64,000 nt of DNA from Thermoanaerobaculia bacterium (GCA_035940855.1 DASZEM010000012.1:130791-194790); one strand, 5' to 3'; shown: positions 36,515 through 46,063, counted from the first letter of the stretch. The notes: a model not told the origin generated them from the letters alone. Numbers and translations: made by a program.

Positions 36515-38344
36515 ATGGATTCACGCCAAGTGCTCATTTCTCGATTGGCAGATAAGCAATTCTCTAGTTTATCTGCAGAGGAGTCTCGGATTCTTGCTTG
36601 TTGTGCTGAGGGTAAAGCGCATTCATGTGAGGAGCAGACCGATCTGAGTGACCATGACAAATGGCCAAAGTCAAGGATTGTTCGTGCAGAGCTCATTCGC
36701 TGGCTTCTCACTGATCCCAAAGCTAGCAAGCTGGTACATCCCTTTGGTTTATCTATAAGCGGGGTTAAGGTAGAGGGTTGCATAAACCTACGATGGATCC
36801 CAATCGATCGCGCTCTTACGATTCGCAAATCTGTGCTCTTGGAGGGCATGGATCTGCGCAGTACGGAGCTGCGCCACCTAGACCTTAGTGGTAGCTTGAC
36901 AGGGAAGATCAATGGTGATGGTCTCAGCATCCGTCATGGAGATTTCTTTCTTCGTAAAGGCTTTTCGACATCCGAGGTTGTCCGGCTAATAGGCGCTTTT
37001 ATATACGGAGACCTCGATTGTGAGGGGAGTACCCTTACTGTTGTGAGCGGCGATGTTCTCGTGGCAGACAGGGCCACTATCCGAGGAGATGTGAGGTTGG
37101 GAGAGAAATTTAAAGCAGTGGGAAAGGTCAGCTTTGTGGGCGCTGACGTGACTGGCAGCTTTATCTGCTCCAATGGCTCATTCGAAAACAAGGAGGGACG
37201 TGCCATAAGCTTGGACGGCTCACGAATAGGTGGCGGCCTCGAAATGAAAGGAGGCCTACAGGCTCATGGGTCTGTCACATTATCTGAGGCGAGGATTACA
37301 GGGGGAGTCTCACTTTCTGGAGCCTCTGTAAGTACCAAGGAGTGCACACATAAAGAACCTTCGGACAAGAACTTGATAGGCGTAGCGATAGATGCTGTCC
37401 GAGCAAACATTTTAGGAGACATTAAGTTCGTCGACGGCTTTAGAACAGATGGCCTGATTGATATGACAGGGTGCCACATCGATGGTGACTTAAATTTTAA
37501 GGAATGTCACTTCGAGGGTTCTCAGAAGACCGGCTTGCGCGCACGGGGAGCAGATATCCAGCATGGATTCTATTGGCAAGAGATAAAGTGTGCCTCCGGG
37601 ACCGTCCTCGACTTGACAAATGCGTCCGCTGCTCAGATCAGCGACGATAAGGGTAGTTGGCCGCCCCAGGGAAAATTGTCGATTCGAGACTTTAGCTACG
37701 GCATGATCGGCAAAGAGCACTTCAACGCGGAGGACCGTCTAAAGTGGCTTGAGCGTCAATTCGTCGAATCGCCCTCCGGTAAGACTAAACCGGCGCCTCC
37801 CGAGGACGAGTTTGGCCTCCAACCCTTCGAACAGCTTGCCAGTATTTTTCGGCGAACCGGACACGAAGCTGACGCCAGGAAGATCCTCTTCTACAAAGAA
37901 GAGGCTCGGCGCCAGCTAGGAGCGCTTGGCGGATTTAGTAGGTTCGCAAGCTGGTTCTTGGGAAGAACCATCAAACATGGATACGAGGTGGGACGTGTCT
38001 TACTTGTGGGGCTGTTTATTATCGTCCTGAGTTGGCTCGTCTTTGGCTCTGGCTATGAGGCTGGATTGATATTGAAGGCCCGAGATACCCCGAAGGATCC
38101 AGGGACAACATACCCATCCTTTAGCCCATTTATATATTCAGTAGACTCCTTTCTGCCGATCGTGGATCTCCACCAAGAAGAGAACTGGCTGCCCGATGCA
38201 GGCAAGACTTGCCTACTGTACAATGGTAGAAAAGTCGATGGAGGACTCTTTCTACGTTGGTACTTGTGGGCTCACATCGCCATTGGATGGGGTATATCGA
38301 CCTTGGCTGTCGTCAGCTTTACGGGTCTGGTCCGGAGGGATTAG
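36515..38344 (+). CDS. Large hypothetical protein with a ~350-aa Gly-rich beta-solenoid-like repeat region and two C-terminal TM helices. It sits in a lower-GC island.
   Basis: AAGGAGG RBS before MDSRQVLIS. Degenerate ~20-aa repeats (e.g. 'GDVRLGEKFKAVGKVSFVGADVTGSFICSNGSF', 'GSVTLSEARITGGVSLSGASVS'). TM segments 'VLLVGLFIIVLSWLVFGSG' and 'WAHIAIGWGISTLAVVSFTGLV'. Many AT-rich codons. Confidence 0.6.
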   Translation: MDSRQVLISRLADKQFSSLSAEESRILACCAEGKAHSCEEQTDLSDHDKWPKSRIVRAELIRWLLTDPKASKLVHPFGLSISGVKVEGCINLRWIPIDRALTIRKSVLLEGMDLRSTELRHLDLSGSLTGKINGDGLSIRHGDFFLRKGFSTSEVVRLIGAFIYGDLDCEGSTLTVVSGDVLVADRATIRGDVRLGEKFKAVGKVSFVGADVTGSFICSNGSFENKEGRAISLDGSRIGGGLEMKGGLQAHGSVTLSEARITGGVSLSGASVSTKECTHKEPSDKNLIGVAIDAVRANILGDIKFVDGFRTDGLIDMTGCHIDGDLNFKECHFEGSQKTGLRARGADIQHGFYWQEIKCASGTVLDLTNASAAQISDDKGSWPPQGKLSIRDFSYGMIGKEHFNAEDRLKWLERQFVESPSGKTKPAPPEDEFGLQPFEQLASIFRRTGHEADARKILFYKEEARRQLGALGGFSRFASWFLGRTIKHGYEVGRVLLVGLFIIVLSWLVFGSGYEAGLILKARDTPKDPGTTYPSFSPFIYSVDSFLPIVDLHQEENWLPDAGKTCLLYNGRKVDGGLFLRWYLWAHIAIGWGISTLAVVSFTGLVRRD

Positions 38345-38351
38345 GCCATCA

Positions 38352-41039
38352 TCACGCCCCGATCCGCCCCACCCGCACGATCGGCCCATCGGCCTCGTCG
38401 GGATTCCGGAGGTCGATCGACCCCTGGATCGCCCAGAGGTTGTCGCCCTGCGGATCCAGCAGGGTGTGCGTGACCTCCCACTGGCGGTCTCCCATCGGGC
38501 GGATCTGGGTCCACTGGTGGCGGCGGGCTTCGGGGGTGAAGAGGAGCTCTCCGTATTCCTCGAAGAAGGGCGCCATCGTCTGCTCGAAGCGCTCGGCGTC
38601 CCAGACGGTCTGGGGATCGTCGGGGTCCTGCTTGACGAGGTCGGGGGCCTCTTCCCACTCTTTGAGCGAGAGGGCGCGGGTGAGGAGGTGCATCTCGGCG
38701 CGGACGCGGGCGGTGAAGGTCTTGGGATCGGCCAGCAGCTCCTGGAGCCACAGGATCTCGCGGGCCGTCTCCCGCTCCCGGGTGCGGACCAGGATCTCGG
38801 GATGGAGAAGGCTCTCCCATTCCGCGAGGAGGCTGGAGTCGGTCTGCTCGACCAGGGCGCGGAAGAAGCCCAGGGCATCCCAGGCGCCTTCCGTCTTCGA
38901 CGGCTCGGGCACGCTCTGATCCAGGGTCTTGTAGAGCTGCGAGAGGTAGCGCAGAAGGACGCCCTCACTCCGCTGCAAGCTGTAGCGCTTCACGTAGTCC
39001 GCGAAGCTCATGTAGCCCTCGAACAGCTCGCGGCCGATGGACTTGGGCTTGACGTCCTCGCCGCCCACCCAGGGGTGCTTGCCCCGGAAGCGGTTGAAGG
39101 TGCCGTAGATGAAGTCCGCGAGAGGCTTGGGATGGGTGACTTCCTCCAGGCGCTCCATCCGCTCCTCGTATTCGACGCCCTCGGCCTTGAGCTGCGCCAC
39201 CAGCTCGGTCTTGAGCTTGTCCACCTGCTTGCGCAGGACGGCTTCCGGATTTTCCAGGACCGACTCGACCAGCGTGATGAGGTCGGGCACGTAGGTCTCG
39301 GATTCCGGCTGGAGCTGGGTGATCGTCTCGACCAGATAGAGCGAGAGAGCCTGGTGGAGGGAGAAGTCCCACTGGAGGTCCTCGGCCACCACGGCCCATA
39401 AATAGTTCGAATAAAGGTCCCGCTTCATCCGGATGATCCCGGCGCGGTAGAGCGAGCGCACCAGCACGGCCGCATGGGTGAGGAGCCGCTTCTTGGAGCC
39501 TTCCTCCTCGTGGCAGCGGCGGATCAAGTCCCGCAGGGAATCGAAATTCCGGAGGTTGGGATCGTCCAGCTCGGCATCGCGCTGGAGCAGGTTCAATACC
39601 ATGCCGTGAGAGATCTTGAAGCGGGACTTGAGCGTCTCGGGCGGGCGACTGATCAGTTTTTCGAAGGCTTCCTCCGTCCAGGAAACCTCGCCCTTGGCCG
39701 GACCCTTCACCGTCTTCTTGTTGCCGCTCCGCTCGTTTCTCCTTTTTTCGATGATGTGCTCAGGCGCCTGGGCGACTACGCTGCCCTGGGTGTCGAAACC
39801 CTTGCGGCCGGCGCGGCCGGCGATCTGCTTGAAGTCGCGCACGGAGAGGATGGAGGTCTTGCGGCCGTCGAACTTGGCGAGCTTGGTGAAGAGGACGGTG
39901 CGGATGGGGATGTTGACCCCCACGCCGAGCGTGTCCGTGCCGGAGATGACGCGCAGGAGGCCCTGCTGGGAGAGCTGCTCGACCAGCAGCCGGTACTTGG
40001 GCAGGAGCCCCGCGTGGTGGACGCCGATACCGAAGGAGATGAAGCGCTTGCACTCCTTGCCGTACGGCGTGTCGAAGCGGAAGTCGCCCACGGCCTCGCG
40101 GATCCGCTCGCGGTCCTCGCGGGTGGAGATCTGCATGCTGGTCAGGGACTGGGCCAGCTCGGCGCACTCGCGCTGGGTGAAGTTGACGATGTAGATGGGC
40201 GCCTTGCCGTCCTTGATCAGGGTCTCGATGGTCTCGTGAAGAGGCGTCTCGCGGTACTCGAAGTCGAGAGGGACGGGGCGGTGCTCGGAGCTGACCAGGG
40301 CCGCCTCGACGCCGGTGCGGTCCTGGATGTGCTCCTGGATGGCGGAGATGTCTCCCAGGGTGGCGGACATCAGCAGGAACCGCGTGTGGGGGAGCGTGAT
40401 CAGGGGGATCTGCCAGGCCACGCCGCGCTCGGGGTCCGAGTAGTAGTGGAACTCATCCATGACCACGTAGGGGGCGTTCAGCTTCTCGCCTTCGCGCAGG
40501 GCGCGGTTGGCGAGCACCTCGGCGGTGCAGCAGATCACGGGCGCCTCCGGGTTGATGGAGGCGTCGCCGGTCATCATGCCCACGTTCTCGGGGCCGAAGT
40601 CGTCGCAGAGGGAGAAGAACTTCTCCGAGGCCAGGGCCTTGATGGGGCTGGTGTAGAAGGAGGTCTTCCCCTCGCACAAGGCCTTGAAGTGGAGTCCCAG
40701 GGCCACGAGCGACTTGCCGGAGCCCGTGGGCGTGTTCAGGATCACGTGCCGTCCGGCCATGATCTCGAGGAGCGCCTCCTCCTGGGCCGGATACAGCTCG
40801 AACCCGGCCTCCGCGGCCCAATCCACGAAGAGATCGAGGATCTCGTCCGAATCGGCCACGCCGCCGCGGGGAACGCGGGAGATCAGGGATGGACGCGCGC
40901 GGGGGGCGTCGGACCGGGCGACGGCGATGTCCGCGGGGTCGGGGCTCTGCTGGGAGACGGGCTCGGCCATGGCAAAGGGATTGTGGCGGATTCCAAGGTC
41001 CACCGCAAGGATACCCCCCTGAAAAGCCTTTCTAATCAT
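38352..41039 (-). CDS. Ski2-like DEAD/DEAH-box helicase (DUF3516/HelY-type).
   Basis: Motif I 'NTPTGSGKSLVA', motif II 'VVMDEFHY', 'MSATLG' and motif VI 'QIAGRAGRKG', with a long C-terminal extension. An alternative start is MAEPVS at 40970. Confidence 0.8.
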   Translation of the reverse strand: MIRKAFQGGILAVDLGIRHNPFAMAEPVSQQSPDPADIAVARSDAPRARPSLISRVPRGGVADSDEILDLFVDWAAEAGFELYPAQEEALLEIMAGRHVILNTPTGSGKSLVALGLHFKALCEGKTSFYTSPIKALASEKFFSLCDDFGPENVGMMTGDASINPEAPVICCTAEVLANRALREGEKLNAPYVVMDEFHYYSDPERGVAWQIPLITLPHTRFLLMSATLGDISAIQEHIQDRTGVEAALVSSEHRPVPLDFEYRETPLHETIETLIKDGKAPIYIVNFTQRECAELAQSLTSMQISTREDRERIREAVGDFRFDTPYGKECKRFISFGIGVHHAGLLPKYRLLVEQLSQQGLLRVISGTDTLGVGVNIPIRTVLFTKLAKFDGRKTSILSVRDFKQIAGRAGRKGFDTQGSVVAQAPEHIIEKRRNERSGNKKTVKGPAKGEVSWTEEAFEKLISRPPETLKSRFKISHGMVLNLLQRDAELDDPNLRNFDSLRDLIRRCHEEEGSKKRLLTHAAVLVRSLYRAGIIRMKRDLYSNYLWAVVAEDLQWDFSLHQALSLYLVETITQLQPESETYVPDLITLVESVLENPEAVLRKQVDKLKTELVAQLKAEGVEYEERMERLEEVTHPKPLADFIYGTFNRFRGKHPWVGGEDVKPKSIGRELFEGYMSFADYVKRYSLQRSEGVLLRYLSQLYKTLDQSVPEPSKTEGAWDALGFFRALVEQTDSSLLAEWESLLHPEILVRTRERETAREILWLQELLADPKTFTARVRAEMHLLTRALSLKEWEEAPDLVKQDPDDPQTVWDAERFEQTMAPFFEEYGELLFTPEARRHQWTQIRPMGDRQWEVTHTLLDPQGDNLWAIQGSIDLRNPDEADGPIVRVGRIGA

Positions 41040-41265
41040 TCACAGACAGCGACTTCAGGGAGGCCTGCTCGGCGCCCGAGCCCGGCACTCCTGGCATCTA
41101 TACGCTCTACAAGCAGAAATGTTTCACCCCTGCCCCATGTACAAAAAATCTAATTTTCTACGTAACAACTCAGTTTTTCCTCTCGCCTATCCGTGTAGCT
41201 CCGGACGGACCGGAGCGATAGAAGCAGCGAACCGGCAGCCGGGTCGCAAGTCGAAAGGAGACGAC

Positions 41266-41376
41266 ATGAGGGCAGAGTTTCAGATCGATCAGATCCCGGG
41301 GTCTGAGAGGTCTTCAGGAGAAACCGCTCCCCACGTCGTCGAGACAAAAGCTGATAACAAAATCGAGGAGATATAA
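41266..41376 (+). CDS. Small ORF (36 aa) with a strong RBS, immediately upstream of a secreted Cys-rich protein gene.
   Basis: 'AAAGGAGACGAC ATG'. MRAEFQIDQIPGSERSSGETAPHVVETKADNKIEEI. Its stop lies 2 nt before the next gene. Confidence 0.3.
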   Translation: MRAEFQIDQIPGSERSSGETAPHVVETKADNKIEEI

Positions 41377-41378
41377 AA

Positions 41379-42005
41379 ATGAACACTTACAGCATGACCC
41401 AAAGCACCTCCAAAATCGTCTCTCCTCATCCACGCAGGACGTCAACCCTGGCGGCTCTGACGTTCGCCGGACTGGCGCTCGCGATGGCGGGTCCCGCCAT
41501 GGCGGTATCCGTCTGCGCACATCCTGACCTGGTCCCGGGCAAGGCCCTTTTCCTGGGTCCGAACGTTTCGAGCGCCAGCTCAGAGAGCAACGGAGGCGGA
41601 TACGCCTTCGTCTGCTGCAGGTACTGGGTAGTCGACATCTCCGTCCCGAGTAACTCGTCAGGCCTCAACAACGATCTCAAGTCGTTCACGATCTGGGCCA
41701 ACGAGTCCGGTCCGTATTCATACCTTACCGAGCCGGATTGTAAGAATTTTTGGGACCGCACCTACGTATACAAGAAGCCAAACGGGGCCACCAAGTTCCA
41801 ATGGATCGCCTACTGGGAGCGGAAGGGCGAGCCGAATCCTCAGTCAATCGTCCCCTGTACGTTGAAGTACCAACCCGGCGCCGTCCCGCTCTCGGAGCTC
41901 ACTCCTCCGGCGACCGGCACGGATGTTTACCGGGTGATGAGTGTCCGAAAAAGTGGTGCTAATTGGGTGACCGTCAAGGTCCAGGCGGAACACCTGAAGC
42001 CGTAA
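41379..42005 (+). CDS. Secreted Cys-rich hypothetical protein (208 aa).
   Basis: GAGGAG RBS. Signal peptide ...AMAGPAMA. Six Cys, including a CC pair. The gene and the AT-rich 340-bp upstream region have lower GC. Confidence 0.55.
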   Translation: MNTYSMTQSTSKIVSPHPRRTSTLAALTFAGLALAMAGPAMAVSVCAHPDLVPGKALFLGPNVSSASSESNGGGYAFVCCRYWVVDISVPSNSSGLNNDLKSFTIWANESGPYSYLTEPDCKNFWDRTYVYKKPNGATKFQWIAYWERKGEPNPQSIVPCTLKYQPGAVPLSELTPPATGTDVYRVMSVRKSGANWVTVKVQAEHLKP

Positions 42006-42339
42006 GCGGATCGCCCCGCGAGGTGCGCAGGGCTGGTGCCCCGCGGGGCTTTTTCTCACGCCAGGATCTCGAACCTCCTAACCTACCGGCGGCCAGTCCT
42101 GTTTTCGCCAATCCTCGCCCAAGCGATATCCCAGCTCCTCAAGCCGCTTCCGATTCTGGTCCAGCCCCCCTGGAACCGTTGCTCGTCCTCCACTCCGCCA
42201 GCGGCACTCGGCGATGTGGACGGCCTCGGCGCCGTCGAGGATGTGGAGCTGGAGTTGGTGGCCTTCGACGCCGCTAATCGTTTCTTTACATTACCAGCGC
42301 GTGGTATCATGCATGTGGAAGAGCGACGCCGGAGGATCC

Positions 42340-42681
42340 ATGTCCCGCATGACCATCAACGCCGTGGCCTACAAAAAGGGCTCCCTGTGGTTTGCGCAAT
42401 GCCTGGAGCACGACTTGGTGAGCTGCGCGGACACTCCTGAGAGGCTCCTTGAAGAGCTCGTGGGACAGTTGGAAACCCTGGTGTCTCTCAACTTGTCGGT
42501 AGGGCAGCATCCCTTTGAGGGTTATTCTCCGGCTCCGGAACGTTTCTGGCGTCTCTACGAAGAGGCCAAGGCGGCCCAGGCAAAGCCCCTCGAGCCCAAG
42601 ACCAGCCTCAGGGAGAGGCTTGCCGCGCTCCTCGGGCGTACTGTCGTGAGGCCCCGCCTCCTCATGGCAGGATCGCTTTAG
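42340..42681 (+). CDS. HicB-like (UPF0150-fold) putative antitoxin, an orphan.
   Basis: 'MTINAVAYKKGSLWFAQCLEHDLVSCADTPERLLEELVGQLETL' fits the HicB N-terminal domain pattern. No HicA partner found. Confidence 0.4.
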   Translation: MSRMTINAVAYKKGSLWFAQCLEHDLVSCADTPERLLEELVGQLETLVSLNLSVGQHPFEGYSPAPERFWRLYEEAKAAQAKPLEPKTSLRERLAALLGRTVVRPRLLMAGSL

Positions 42682-42917
42682 TCTTCTGAGGACTGATCCA
42701 GAGCGAAGTCCAGGTAGGGAAGCCTGAAGAGGTGGCAGAGGCTGTTCCTGATGTCGTCAGGGATTTCCTCATCCAGGAACAGGGACAGAGGGTAAAAGAT
42801 CGTGCCGTTCGTCAAGACGCGACGTCTTCCAATTTCCATGACCTCAAGCTTCACCCCACGATCTGCCGCAAGCCGGATGAATTCTTGAACCGTCAGCAAA
42901 GGTCCCTCCGCTGCCAT
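42678..42917 (-). CDS. Small hypothetical protein (79 aa) convergent with the HicB-like gene.
   Basis: MAAEGPLLTVQEFIRLAADRGVKLEVMEIGRRRVL.... It is the only coherent portion of a long antisense-to-ychF track ORF. Confidence 0.3.
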   Translation of the reverse strand: MAAEGPLLTVQEFIRLAADRGVKLEVMEIGRRRVLTNGTIFYPLSLFLDEEIPDDIRNSLCHLFRLPYLDFALDQSSED

Positions 42918-43097
42918 GTGCAGGCTGGAGCGCGACTCCCCTTGAGACAACCAGGTTCTCTTCAGCCCTGTTCTTTTGGCGGCGAAGAGTAACACAGTCC
43001 GAGGTCTCATCGCCCTTCTGATTTGACCTCTTGCTCTTCTGCGGATAACCTCCCGGCCGGCGCCCGCGATGGGCGGCCCTTCCGGAGGGAACACCCC

Positions 43098-44165
43098 GTG
43101 CAACTCGGAATCCTCGGTCTCCCGAAGTCGGGAAAGACGACGCTGTTCAATACCCTGACCGCCTCGCGTCAGGCGACGGACAAGTACGCTTCCTCCAGCC
43201 AGACGAACATGGGGGTGGCGACCGTGCGCGACGTGCGCCTGGAGACGCTGCGGGATCTGTTCAAGCCCAAGCGCTACGTGCCGGCCACGGTGCAGTACGT
43301 GGACATCCCCGGCATCACCAAGGGCGAGAGCGCCGAGAGCCTCGACCTCGCCAAGCTCAAGACGGTGGACGCGCTCGTCCACGTGGTGCGGGCGTTCGAC
43401 GATCCCGAGATCCTCCATGCCGAGGGGAGCGTCGATCCGGCCCGGGACGTGGCCACGCTCGACCTGGAGCTGATCCTGGCGGACCACGACATCGTGGAGC
43501 GGCGGCTGGACCGGCTGGAGAAGGCGACCAAGCGGGGCCTGAATCCCGAAGAGGTGCGGGAACGTCAGATCCTCTCGGAGATCCTCCTGCCGGCGCTGGA
43601 ATCCGAGAAGCCGCTGCGCGAGATCGAGCTCGATCCCGAGGACGAGAAGCGCCTGCGCGGCTTCCAGCTCCTCTCGGCCAAGCCCATGCTGATCGTGATC
43701 AACGCGGACGAGACGCGGGCCGCCGAGCCGCCGGAAGCCTTCGGCGTCCAGCCCCGGACGGCCGTGCGCGCCGTCACCGTGAGCGCGCCCATCGAGCAGG
43801 AGATCAGCGTCCTCTCCCCCGAGGAGCAGAAGGAGTTCCTGGCCGACCTGGGCCTCTCCGAGCCCAGCCTCGACCGGGTGACCCGGGCCAGTTACGACTT
43901 GCTGGGGGTGATCTCGTTCTTCACGGTGGGCGAGGACGAGGTGCGGGCGTGGACGATCCGCCGCGGCACCCGGGCCCGCGAGGCCGCGGGCACCATCCAC
44001 TCCGACATCGAGCGCGGGTTCATCCGCGCCGAGGTCGTCCACTGCGACGACCTGATCCGCCTGAAGACCATGGCCGCCTGCCGCGACGCCGGGGTGCTCC
44101 GCCTGGAAGGGAAGGAGTACGTCATGAAGGACGGCGACGTGGCCCATTTCCGGTTCAACGTGTAG
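43098..44165 (+). CDS. ychF: Redox-regulated ribosome-binding ATPase YchF.
   Basis: GTG start with a GGAGGG RBS. 'LGILGLPKSGKTTLFN', 'VDIPGI' and the C-terminal TGS domain 'AGTIHSDIERGFIRAEVV'. Confidence 0.9.
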   Translation: MQLGILGLPKSGKTTLFNTLTASRQATDKYASSSQTNMGVATVRDVRLETLRDLFKPKRYVPATVQYVDIPGITKGESAESLDLAKLKTVDALVHVVRAFDDPEILHAEGSVDPARDVATLDLELILADHDIVERRLDRLEKATKRGLNPEEVRERQILSEILLPALESEKPLREIELDPEDEKRLRGFQLLSAKPMLIVINADETRAAEPPEAFGVQPRTAVRAVTVSAPIEQEISVLSPEEQKEFLADLGLSEPSLDRVTRASYDLLGVISFFTVGEDEVRAWTIRRGTRAREAAGTIHSDIERGFIRAEVVHCDDLIRLKTMAACRDAGVLRLEGKEYVMKDGDVAHFRFNV

Positions 44166-44186
44166 GGGCGGCCCTGCGTGGCCGCC
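44165..44186. terminator. Hairpin terminator after ychF, followed by a second GGGGCGCCCC palindrome pair.
   Basis: Stem gggcggcc/ggccgccc with a 6-nt loop. GGGGCGCCCC occurs twice, 4 nt apart, at about 44210-44235. Confidence 0.5.
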
Positions 44187-44261
44187 CTGGCCTGGACGGC
44201 ACCAATGAAAGGGGCGCCCCCATAGGGGCGCCCCTACAAAGGACGATCCTGAGGGCCGGCC

Positions 44262-45326
44262 CTACCCCCGCCCGGACCGCGGCCGCTCGGGCACGATCCG
44301 CAGGCTCATCCGGCCCGTGCTCTGGACGCCGGGCCGGTAGTAGACGCCGCCCGGGGGCGGGGTGATGACGGGGGCGGGCTGGACGCCTTCGTCGTCGGTG
44401 TCCACCGGGCCATTGGGGATCTCCTGGATGGTCGGGTCCGGCCGGCTCCACTCGCGCAGGCCGCGCGGAGGCTGGCCGTACTGTCCGCCGCGGGCCGCGC
44501 CCTGGGGCAGGGCCTGCCCGGCGGGGTTGCCGCGGTCGAGGTCGCGCTCGCGCAGCACGGTCGAGCCCGGCTGTCCCTGGGCCGGCTGTCCCTGGGCTGG
44601 CTGTCCCGCGGGCCGGCCGGCGGCTCCCGGCTGGCGGCCCGCGGCCTGGCCCTGCTGCTGGGCGGCCGGCTTCTGGGCCTTGTCGGCCATCTGGTCCTGC
44701 TCGGCCTGGTTGGCGGCAGGGGGCACCAGCATGGTGGCGATGCGGCCCGGGTCTTCGTAGAGCCGTGGCGCCTGCGGCTGGTTGAAGTCGTTCTTGTAGG
44801 CGCGCATCATCGACTCGGTGAGGAGCTTGTTCTCGACGACGTGCGGATTGACCTCGGGGAAGGCGAGCTGCGGATCGAGCGCGAACGCCTGGGCGTAGGA
44901 GTCGACGGCCCGCGAAGCCTGCCCCCATTTCTCCTGGATCGTGCCGATCTGGTAGTGGGCCCAGGCGTGGCGGGGCTCGCGCTCCACCACCCGGCGGTAG
45001 TGCTTCATGGCCTCGCGGAGCTCGCCGCGCTGCTGGAGCAGAAGACCGAGATTGAACAGGGCCGTGGTCCGGTCCGGGTCGAGCTCGATGGCTTTGCGGT
45101 ACGCGGCCTCGGCTTCCGCCGGCTCGGGGACGAGCAGCAGGAGGTTGCCCAGGTCGTTGAACACGGACGCGTCCTGGGGCCGCTCGGCCGCGAGGCGCCG
45201 CTGCGTCTCGAGGGTCTTGGAGAGATTCGGGGGCACCGCCGCCGTCGCGGCGATGGCCACCACGGCGACCAGGGCGGCCAGGGCGGCCAGGCAAGAGACG
45301 AGAATCCACGGAGTCCTTCTGCGCAC
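44262..45326 (-). CDS. Membrane-anchored TPR-repeat protein with a Gln/Pro-rich low-complexity tail.
   Basis: An N-terminal TM, then TPR units (e.g. 'AEAEAAYRKAIELDPDRTTALFNLGLLLQQRGELREAMKHYRRVV') and a 'GQPAQGQPAQGQPG' repeat. Confidence 0.65.
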   Translation of the reverse strand: MRRRTPWILVSCLAALAALVAVVAIAATAAVPPNLSKTLETQRRLAAERPQDASVFNDLGNLLLLVPEPAEAEAAYRKAIELDPDRTTALFNLGLLLQQRGELREAMKHYRRVVEREPRHAWAHYQIGTIQEKWGQASRAVDSYAQAFALDPQLAFPEVNPHVVENKLLTESMMRAYKNDFNQPQAPRLYEDPGRIATMLVPPAANQAEQDQMADKAQKPAAQQQGQAAGRQPGAAGRPAGQPAQGQPAQGQPGSTVLRERDLDRGNPAGQALPQGAARGGQYGQPPRGLREWSRPDPTIQEIPNGPVDTDDEGVQPAPVITPPPGGVYYRPGVQSTGRMSLRIVPERPRSGRG

Positions 45327-45339
45327 TATGTTCTCCCTT

Positions 45340-46035
45340 CTAGGAGCCCTCGCGGGCTGCGACAGGCCGGGCCTTGAGCTTGACCTTGCCGTCCTCGGTC
45401 GCCAGCCGGAACTGCACTTTCGAGCAGCCCGTCTTCTCGCGGATGGCGGCCACCTGCCGCGTCAGGTAGGTTTGGAAGCTGTCGAGGTCGAATCGCGGAG
45501 CGCCGCCGGGCGAGGCGGCCAGGCCCTGGTACAGGGCTTCGGCGGCCTCCGGATCGACGCGCTCGCCGAAGACGATCCCCTTCTCGGGATCGTAGCGCCG
45601 CGCCTCGGGGGGCGGCGCCGTCCGGGCGGCGCGGCGACCTTCTTCGAGATCGCGCACGCGGCGGTTGAAGAGCTCGTTGTAGCTGGTGAAGCGGGCCTCC
45701 AGGTCCCCCAGGCGGAAACTGTCCACGGCGGACTGGAGGCTCAGGCCGCGCAGATGGCGGATCTGTGCCTGCACGCGGCCCCGGAGCTCCTCGGGCGGAG
45801 ACGGCAGGGCGCCGTTGAAGAAGCGCTCGAAGTCGACGCGCAGCTTCTGGATGTCCTGGCTGAGCTGGTCCAGGGCCTCGCCGATGCCGGGGACCGGGCG
45901 CCGCGACGGAGCCGGGGCTCCCGCGCCGGGAGCTCCCGCGCCGGGCCGCTGCAACCCGGGCCTGGCCGGCTGGAGCGGCGCGGCTTGCGGGCGCAGGGGG
46001 CCGGGGCCGGCCTTCGGGGTTCGCTTGGGGTCCAC
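45340..46035 (-). CDS. Hypothetical protein in an operon with the TPR protein.
   Basis: GTG start with an AGGAG RBS ('(M)DPKRTPKAG...'). Pro/Ala-rich N-terminus, then a conserved-looking C-terminal domain. The start is uncertain. Confidence 0.5.
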   Translation of the reverse strand: MDPKRTPKAGPGPLRPQAAPLQPARPGLQRPGAGAPGAGAPAPSRRPVPGIGEALDQLSQDIQKLRVDFERFFNGALPSPPEELRGRVQAQIRHLRGLSLQSAVDSFRLGDLEARFTSYNELFNRRVRDLEEGRRAARTAPPPEARRYDPEKGIVFGERVDPEAAEALYQGLAASPGGAPRFDLDSFQTYLTRQVAAIREKTGCSKVQFRLATEDGKVKLKARPVAAREGS

Positions 46036-46063
46036 GGATCTCCTAGAATGCTCGAGGCCTGAT

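Noticed and set aside
41119-41376. An 85-aa ORF.
   Set aside because: Only the last 36 codons are preceded by an RBS. The upstream portion lies in AT-rich intergenic DNA with no translation signals.
42678-44147. A 489-aa minus-strand ORF.
   Set aside because: Antisense to ychF. Only its last 79 codons (42678-42917) lie outside ychF and look like a possible small gene.
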